Positions 25,850 to 32,000 of a stretch of DNA of 32,000 bases are shown here, piece after piece. The first letter of the stretch is position 1. The number at the start of each line of letters is the position of its first letter. The notes under the pieces are model-generated. The model was not told where the DNA came from, made no database searches, and saw nothing but the letters and a program-made list of their open reading frames with translations. The translations under genes were made by a program, and so were the position numbers. This stretch comes from an archaeon (GTDB lineage Archaea; Iainarchaeota; Iainarchaeia; Iainarchaeales; 1-14-0-10-31-34), in assembly GCA_024277355.1 (NCBI GenBank), contig JAJRVL010000001.1:102363-134362 (forward strand), written 5' to 3'.

Positions 25850-26329
25850 TTACTTTTTTGTTTTTTTCTTTTTTGTTTTTGGAGCACTTGATTTATTATT
25901 TGAAATTAAATCTTTCACTTGGCCTAAAGTAACAAACTCTAAGGGATTAATTGCTTCAATAATATATTTTAATTCCTTTAAGTCTTCAGATTTAGCAAAA
26001 GAAGAATTCATTTTATTTAAATCAGATTTAATTTCATTTAACATAAAATCATTTTGCTTGACTTTTTCCTCTAATTCTTCAACTAAATCATTTACTTCAG
26101 TTGAAACTCCTTCAGACTGAACAGAAGCAACAGGTTTTTTTTGTTCAAAAGCCTTTAATTTTTTGTTTAAAATAATAAAATTTCTTCCAAGAATTTTTTC
26201 ATTTCTAACCAAATAATTCATTTTCTGGCTTAACAATAAAACAGAACTGTTTAATGCCCTGATATCCCGAATAATATCTTCTAAAGTATAACCTGAACTC
26301 TTTCCTTTTTCAGCTCGTCTATGAGGCAT
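25850..26329 (-). CDS. Basic coiled-coil protein (159 aa) with Lys-rich C-terminus
   Basis: MPHRRAEKGKSSGYTLEDIIRDIRALNSSVLLLSQKMNYLVRNEKILGRNFIILNKKLKAFEQKK...TKKKKTKK; coding-like composition in its own frame. Confidence 0.75.
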   Translation of the reverse strand: MPHRRAEKGKSSGYTLEDIIRDIRALNSSVLLLSQKMNYLVRNEKILGRNFIILNKKLKAFEQKKPVASVQSEGVSTEVNDLVEELEEKVKQNDFMLNEIKSDLNKMNSSFAKSEDLKELKYIIEAINPLEFVTLGQVKDLISNNKSSAPKTKKKKTKK

Positions 26330-26403
26330 AATAAACTCCTAAAACGAATAATAAAGGATTTATCTTTTAATAAACTTTGTCTTTGCATTAAATAAGAGCC
26401 AAA

Positions 26404-28791
26404 ATGAAAACAAAAGGAATACTTTTAGATTTAGATTCAATCCAGGAAAACGAAAAATCAGTAATAAGGTTATTTGTCAAAACAGAAAACAGAATAGAAA
26501 TCTTTAAAGACAAAAATTTTAGTCCTTACTTTTATGTTAAAGCATTAGACAACAAAAAAGCAATAAAAGACATAATAGAAAAAGAATTTGAAGGAAAAGA
26601 AAAAAAATTTAAAGCCATTAAAGCAGAAGAATCAATTGAAGGTTCAATTAAAATTTATTTTAATTCAACAACAGACTTAGTTGAAGCCCTGCAACAAATA
26701 AAAGAAATTTCAGGAATAACAGAAAAAAGAGAATATGATTTTATTTTTACTTCAAGGTATTTAATTGATAAAGGATTAGAACCATTAAATGGAATTGAAA
26801 TTGAAGAAGAAGAAAAAGAAATTAATTCAATTAAAAAAATTGAAACAGAAACTGAATTAAATTTCATTGCATTTGATTTAGAAACTTATTCTGAAACAAA
26901 ATTTAGTGATGCAAAGTTTGATCCAATTCTTATGTCTGCAGTAACTTTTTTTGACAAAAAAACAAATAAACTTAAAACAGAAATAATTACAACAAAAAAA
27001 GGCTCAAATGTTTTATTAGTAAAAGAAGAAAAAGAAATAATAGAAAAACTAAAAGAAAAAATTCAGGGAAAAGATGTATTAATTACTTATAATGGAGATT
27101 CATTTGATCTGCCTTATGCAAAAGAAAGAGCAAGAAAACTAAAAACAAGATTTGATATTGGAATTGACGGAAGTGAACCATTAATCAGAAGAAAAGGATT
27201 ATATAATGCAACAAGAGTAAAAGGAATCCCGCATTTTGATGCATATCAATTAGTTAGAATTCTTGCAAGATTTGGAATAATTAATTCAATTAAATATGAT
27301 TTAGAGACAATAGTTAATTCAATTTACGGCATAAAAAAAGAAAAAATTAAAGCAGAAGACATAACAAGAATATGGAAAACCGGAGAAGGCTATGAAAAAT
27401 TACTTAAATATAATTATGAGGATTCAGAATATACTTATAAAATTGCATTTGATTTTTTTCCTTTAATGGCTGAATTAGGAAAATTAACTAAACAAACTTT
27501 ATTTGAAGTTAACAGGAGTTCTGCCAGCGACATGGTGGAAAAATTACTTATAAATAAAAGTTTTCAGGAAAAAAAACTTTTTCCAAATAAACCAAATGAA
27601 ACTGAAATAAAAAAAAGAATTATGCAGTCATTAAAAGGAGGCCATGTAAGAGAACCAATTGCAGGACTGCATGAAAACATTGCAGTATTAGACTTTAGAA
27701 GTTTGCATCCAAGCATAATGATTTCTCATAATATTTCGCCTGAAACAATTAATTGTAAATGCTGTAAAAATGGAAAGCATGTTTCTCCTGAAGGGAATTG
27801 GTTTTGCGAAAACAAAAAAGGTTTTCTGCCTTCAATTCAAAAAGAATTATTAGACAAAAGAACTGAATTAAAAAATGAATTAAAAAAAGAAAAAAATGAA
27901 TTAAAAAAAACTTCATTAAATGCAAGACAGCATGCAATGAAAATTTTATTAAACAGTTTTTATGGTTATTTAGCTTATGAAAGAAGCAGATGGTATTCTT
28001 TTGAATCAGCTAAAGCTGTTACTGCATGGAGCAGATATTACATAAAAGAAATAGCAAAAAAAGCAGAAGAACAAGGTTTTACAGTTATTTACGGAGACAC
28101 TGATTCTGCTTTTATTAAAATGCCCAAAACCAAAACAAAAAAAGATGTATTGGATTTTGTTAAAAAAATTAATTTAGATCTTCCAGGAGTAATGGAATTA
28201 GAATTAGAAGGTTTTTTTAAAAGAGGAATTTTTGTAACAAAAAAAGAAGGAACTGCAGCAAAAAAAAGATATGCTTTAATTGACGAAAAAGACAAATTGA
28301 AAATTGTAGGTTTTGAATATGTCAGAAGAGATTGGTCAGGAATAGCAAAAAATACTCAAAAAAAAGTAATTGAATTAGTTTTAAAAGAAGGAAAACCTGA
28401 AAAAGCTATTCAGGAAGTAAAAAAAGTAATTAAAGAATTAAAAGAAGGAAAAATACAAAAAAAAGATTTAGTTATTTTTTCGCAGATAAAAAAAAGCATT
28501 GGAAGCTATGATGCAATAGGCCCTCATGTAAGTGCAGCCAAAAAAGCAATAAAAAAAGGAAAATCAATTGGAACTGGAAGCATTATTGGATATATTATTA
28601 CCAGAAATGGAAAAAGTATTTCAGATAAATCTGAATTAGAAGAATTTGTTGAAGAAGGAAATTATGATTCAGAATATTACATTAAAAATCAGGTTATTCC
28701 TGCAGTAATAAAAATAATTCAGGAATTTGGTTATGACGAAAAAGACTTAATTTTAGGCGGAAAACAAAGTTCTTTAAGCGCTTTTGGTTGA
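26404..28791 (+). CDS. polB: Family B DNA-directed DNA polymerase, archaeal type, intein-free (795 aa)
   Basis: Exo I FIAFDLETYS, Exo II YNGDSFDLPYA, Exo III YNYED, motif A LDFRSLHPSIMISHNISPETI, motif B KILLNSFYGYLAY, motif C YGDTDSAFI, and a C-terminal PIP-like KQSSLSAFG. Confidence 0.95.
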   Translation: MKTKGILLDLDSIQENEKSVIRLFVKTENRIEIFKDKNFSPYFYVKALDNKKAIKDIIEKEFEGKEKKFKAIKAEESIEGSIKIYFNSTTDLVEALQQIKEISGITEKREYDFIFTSRYLIDKGLEPLNGIEIEEEEKEINSIKKIETETELNFIAFDLETYSETKFSDAKFDPILMSAVTFFDKKTNKLKTEIITTKKGSNVLLVKEEKEIIEKLKEKIQGKDVLITYNGDSFDLPYAKERARKLKTRFDIGIDGSEPLIRRKGLYNATRVKGIPHFDAYQLVRILARFGIINSIKYDLETIVNSIYGIKKEKIKAEDITRIWKTGEGYEKLLKYNYEDSEYTYKIAFDFFPLMAELGKLTKQTLFEVNRSSASDMVEKLLINKSFQEKKLFPNKPNETEIKKRIMQSLKGGHVREPIAGLHENIAVLDFRSLHPSIMISHNISPETINCKCCKNGKHVSPEGNWFCENKKGFLPSIQKELLDKRTELKNELKKEKNELKKTSLNARQHAMKILLNSFYGYLAYERSRWYSFESAKAVTAWSRYYIKEIAKKAEEQGFTVIYGDTDSAFIKMPKTKTKKDVLDFVKKINLDLPGVMELELEGFFKRGIFVTKKEGTAAKKRYALIDEKDKLKIVGFEYVRRDWSGIAKNTQKKVIELVLKEGKPEKAIQEVKKVIKELKEGKIQKKDLVIFSQIKKSIGSYDAIGPHVSAAKKAIKKGKSIGTGSIIGYIITRNGKSISDKSELEEFVEEGNYDSEYYIKNQVIPAVIKIIQEFGYDEKDLILGGKQSSLSAFG

Positions 28792-28801
28792 AGTGATATT
28801 A

Positions 28802-29695
28802 ATGGAAAAAGAAGAATTTGAAAATTATATTAAAGCCGGAAAAATCCTGAAAACAGTTCAAGACAATGCAAGAAAAAAAGCCAAAATTGGAATGAAATTA
28901 TTGGATTTAGCTGAAAGCATTGAAAAAGAAATATTTGATGCAAAAGCAGGAATGGCTTTTCCTGTTAATTTATCCGCTAATAATTTAGCTGCACATTATA
29001 CTCCTTCATTTAATGATGAAACTTTAATTGAAGAAAAAGACATATTAAAAATTGACATTGGAGTTCATGTTGAAGGATTTATTGCTGATGCATCTTTTAC
29101 AGTTGATTTTTCTGAAGAAAATTCAAAGTTAGTTGAAGCAACAGAACAAGCATTAGAAAATGCATTAAGCATGATTAAAATTGGAACACAAATAGGAAAA
29201 ATTGGAGAGGAAATTGAAAAAACAATTACTTCTTTTGGATTTAAGCCAATAGAAAATCTTTCAGGACACGGATTAATGAAATTTATTGCTCATGCATCTC
29301 CTTCAATTCCAAACATCTCAAAAAATGATTCAAGAACAATAGAAGAAGGAAAAGCTTATGCAATTGAACCTTTTGCTTCAACAGGAAAAGGAAGAGTAAA
29401 AGAAGCAACAAAAACAGAAATCTTTGAGTTTGCAAAACAAATTCCTTTAAGAAATTTAGATGCAAGAAAAATACAGGCAAAAGCAATAGAAGAATTTAAT
29501 GGATTGCCGTTTGCTGAAAGATGGTTAATGAAAGAATTCGGAGAAACAAAAACAAAAATTGCTTTAAGGGAATTATTACTTAAAGGGTCAATTAGCGGGC
29601 ATCCAATATTAAAAGAAGACAAAGACATATTAGTCAGCCAGGCAGAACATACAATAATTGCTTTTAACGAAGAAATTCACATAACAACCAAATAA
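28802..29695 (+). CDS. map: Methionine aminopeptidase, type II (archaeal)
   Basis: FPVNLSANNLAAHYTPSFND, LKIDIGVHVEGFIADASFTVDFSEE, LSGHGLMKFIAHASPSIPN, AYAIEPFA, SQAEHTIIAF carry the metal-binding signature residues. ATG at 28802 preferred over the upstream TTG at 28784, which overlaps polB. Confidence 0.92.
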   Translation: MEKEEFENYIKAGKILKTVQDNARKKAKIGMKLLDLAESIEKEIFDAKAGMAFPVNLSANNLAAHYTPSFNDETLIEEKDILKIDIGVHVEGFIADASFTVDFSEENSKLVEATEQALENALSMIKIGTQIGKIGEEIEKTITSFGFKPIENLSGHGLMKFIAHASPSIPNISKNDSRTIEEGKAYAIEPFASTGKGRVKEATKTEIFEFAKQIPLRNLDARKIQAKAIEEFNGLPFAERWLMKEFGETKTKIALRELLLKGSISGHPILKEDKDILVSQAEHTIIAFNEEIHITTK

Positions 29696-29702
29696 GAAAA
29701 TA

Positions 29703-29710
29703 TTTTAAAC
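29703..29710 (+). promoter_or_regulatory. TTTTAAAC box, 30 nt upstream of the ATG at 29733
   Basis: Same octamer and spacing as two other genes in this window. Confidence 0.5.
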
Positions 29711-29732
29711 CCAAACAACCTTTTTATTTTAA

Positions 29733-31163
29733 ATGAAAAAATTAATTGTAATTTTATTTGCTTTATTTTTTGCTTCAACTGCTTACTCATTAACAATTAA
29801 TTTAACTGCAAATCCAACAGTAGTTGATGTAGGTGATCCAGTAACTTTTACAGCAGTAATAACTCCTGAAGGAGCAGAAACAGGACCCTATGTTTTTGAA
29901 TGGGATTTTGATGATGGAAGCCCAATAGAAACAATAACAATAAATGATCCAGAAAATACTGTTACAACAACTCACACTTATACTGCAACAGGAGATTATC
30001 AAACAGAATTAGAAGTAACTTTTGATCCAGATGGAACTGGAACCACAACAGATAATACAGATGAAGATATTGACATTGAAGTTTATGGATTGACTATTAT
30101 TTTAACTACTATTCCTGATCCAGCAACAGGAGACATTCCTTTTACAGTAAATTTAACTGCAACTGCAACAGGCGGAACAGCACCATATGTTTTTGAATGG
30201 GATTTTGAAGGAGACGGAACAATTGACGCAACAGAAAATACTTCCGGCACATCAAATTTAATTCATGAATATACAACTCAAGATACTTTTACAGTAAAAG
30301 TAAAAGCAATAGATACAATGCTTAGATCTGCTGAAACAACAGCAACAGTAATTGGAACAATTGGAGGAAATATTGCTCCAATAGCTGAAACAAACGGACC
30401 CTACCTAAATCACATAGGAATTTTATTTGATTTAAATAGTGATGGAAGCACTGATTCAGGAGGAGGCGGAGGACCAGGCGGAATCCAAAATTATTCTTGG
30501 ATAATAGAATTACAGGCAGGAAACCCTCAATGTGTTTTTACTTTTACTGGAACAAACTCTATTTCAGGAAATCCCTCAAATAGATATAGATATCCAGAAG
30601 TAGTGTGCAGTGATATTGGAACAGCAAAATTAACTTTAACTGTAACAGACAATGAAGGAGCAACAGATTCAGCTGCAACAATAATTAAAATTAATCCGAC
30701 TCAAACAACAGACAAAGTTAATATAGTTAAAATGGAAATACAACCAGAAATACTAAAAACAGGAACAGACTTAACTGTTTTAATTACAGTAAGAAATGAA
30801 ACCAATGAAATCCAAACATTTGATGTAAATTATCAAATCAAAGAAGGTATGCCGGATACAAATATTAGTAATTTACCAAACTTAATTCAAAATTTAGAAT
30901 TATTAAATCAAACAGTTAATGGTTATTCACAAAAAGAATTTATTTTAGTGATTCCTACTGCAGATTTAGAAGCAAACTTAGAAGGTCAAAAAAATTATTG
31001 GATTTATGCAACAGCAATTGTCTCAGGAGAAAATAATAAAATATTTAATAAAAGAAGAGCAATATTTAATTATAGTGCAATCAGAACAGTTCAATTACCT
31101 GAAACAAATTTTATAGGAATACTAAGTGTTTTGCTGATAAGCCTGATTATTCTAAAAAGATAG
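29733..31163 (+). CDS. Secreted/surface PKD-domain protein with C-terminal anchor (476 aa)
   Basis: Signal peptide MKKLIVILFALFFASTAYS. PKD-type repeats (GPYVFEWDFDDGS...THTYTATGDYQTELEV; APYVFEWDFEGDGT...IHEYTTQDTFTVKVKA; SWIIEL...GTAKLTLTVTDNEGATDSA). C-term LPETNFIGILSVLLISLIILKR. Confidence 0.88.
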   Translation: MKKLIVILFALFFASTAYSLTINLTANPTVVDVGDPVTFTAVITPEGAETGPYVFEWDFDDGSPIETITINDPENTVTTTHTYTATGDYQTELEVTFDPDGTGTTTDNTDEDIDIEVYGLTIILTTIPDPATGDIPFTVNLTATATGGTAPYVFEWDFEGDGTIDATENTSGTSNLIHEYTTQDTFTVKVKAIDTMLRSAETTATVIGTIGGNIAPIAETNGPYLNHIGILFDLNSDGSTDSGGGGGPGGIQNYSWIIELQAGNPQCVFTFTGTNSISGNPSNRYRYPEVVCSDIGTAKLTLTVTDNEGATDSAATIIKINPTQTTDKVNIVKMEIQPEILKTGTDLTVLITVRNETNEIQTFDVNYQIKEGMPDTNISNLPNLIQNLELLNQTVNGYSQKEFILVIPTADLEANLEGQKNYWIYATAIVSGENNKIFNKRRAIFNYSAIRTVQLPETNFIGILSVLLISLIILKR

Positions 31164-31165
31164 GG

Positions 31166-31173
31166 TTTTAAAC
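31166..31173 (+). promoter_or_regulatory. TTTTAAAC box, 30 nt upstream of the ATG at 31196
   Basis: Starts 3 nt after the upstream gene's stop codon; same octamer and spacing as two other genes. Confidence 0.5.
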
Positions 31174-31195
31174 AAAAAAAACATTTTATTAACTA

Positions 31196-32000
31196 ATGAA
31201 AAAAATAGTTTTATTCTTTTTTTTATTGATTGCAGTTTCTGCTTTTTCTTTAACAGTTGAATTAGACTTAAATCAAAATTATGGAAATACTCCTTTAGAT
31301 GTAAATTTAACTGCAACAATTTTAGATGGAGTTCAAACAAGAACTTGTACAGATTTAGCTTCTTGTGGAACAGAAAACAATAAACCAGAAGAAATTCAGC
31401 CATGCGGTTCATGCACTGATGGAACAATAATGAACTGCACTACAGCAGTTAATTGTCCTGGAACAAGAACTTGTTCAGGAGGAATATGGCAAAATTGTGT
31501 TGATGATGCCTCAGATAATTGTCCGCAAGATGTAAATATTACAGTAAAACAAATTACTCCAATACAAGATATTAATGTAATTCAAAACCAGTTGTTTACT
31601 TTTACTACTTCAGTTACCTGCAATAATGGTTATTGCGGAGATGTAACTGCAACTTTAGATCCTGAAACAACCATTGAAATCTCTGCAGGAGGGAAGGATA
31701 CAACATTAAGAGGATCACAGCATACAGGAACTGATCCAACAATTTACTTAAATGACGCAACATACAGAATTTTAATGCAATTTGATTTATCAAGTATTCC
31801 TCAAGATTCAACAATAAATAATGCAAACTTATGGTTATATGCTACAGGTGCATGGAGAGGCGGAGACGCAATTTCAGTTTACGAAGTATTAAGAGACTGG
31901 GGAGAAACAACTTCTGCATGGAATGCAGCAAACGGAGCAAACTCCGATTACGCGTTATACAATTCAGTTCCATGGAACACAACAAACCTACAAGCAGGAA
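31196..32000 (+). CDS. Secreted protein with Cys-rich segment and DNRLRE (disaggregatase-related)-like domain; runs off the right edge
   Basis: Not in the supplied ORF track. ATG at 31196, signal peptide MKKIVLFFFLLIAVSAFS, no stop to 32000. Contains CTDGTIMNCTTAVNCPGTRTCSGGIWQNCVDDASDNC and DTTLRGSQHTGTDPTIYLNDATYRILMQFDLSSIPQDSTINNANLWLYA...AISVYEVLRDWGETTSAWNAANG. Confidence 0.85.
   Translation, partial: MKKIVLFFFLLIAVSAFSLTVELDLNQNYGNTPLDVNLTATILDGVQTRTCTDLASCGTENNKPEEIQPCGSCTDGTIMNCTTAVNCPGTRTCSGGIWQNCVDDASDNCPQDVNITVKQITPIQDINVIQNQLFTFTTSVTCNNGYCGDVTATLDPETTIEISAGGKDTTLRGSQHTGTDPTIYLNDATYRILMQFDLSSIPQDSTINNANLWLYATGAWRGGDAISVYEVLRDWGETTSAWNAANGANSDYALYNSVPWNTTNLQAG

Overview
Low-GC (roughly one-third GC by eye) archaeal window. 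The gene content (archaeal-type family B DNA polymerase, type II methionine aminopeptidase, TATA-like boxes, PKD and DNRLRE-like surface proteins, giant secreted proteins, tiny membrane proteins) suggests a DPANN-like genome; lineage is inference. About two-thirds of the window is a tandem array of three paralogous giant surface genes, two of about 2,400 aa and one of about 2,180 aa. Each has a short cytoplasmic N-terminus, one N-terminal TM helix, carboxypeptidase-regulatory-like/Ig-like repeats, and a shared Cys/aromatic-rich C-terminal region I cannot assign to a named family. The middle paralog is broken by a single in-frame TAA inside a module conserved in its siblings; a partial CDS at the left edge also has an in-frame TAA followed by 46 coding-like codons. 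Paralogs 2 and 3 carry a Gly-rich hydrophobic stretch in the middle of the presumed exterior region. Paralog 1 instead has a Tyr/Asn/Gly-rich low-complexity insert. Downstream come a tightly packed array of small membrane proteins, two opposite-strand coiled-coil proteins, and a HerA/DUF87-like protein whose Walker A motif is destroyed. Then follow polB (His at the usual steric-gate Tyr), map, a PKD protein with an LPETN + TM + KR tail, and a DNRLRE-like protein running off the edge. Three start codons have an identical TTTTAAAC box exactly 30 nt upstream, suggesting leaderless promoters. The main candidate system is the giant-surface-protein, mini-membrane-protein and dead-ATPase neighbourhood; functional linkage is inference. 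No CRISPR array, tRNA, rRNA or obvious transposase was seen.
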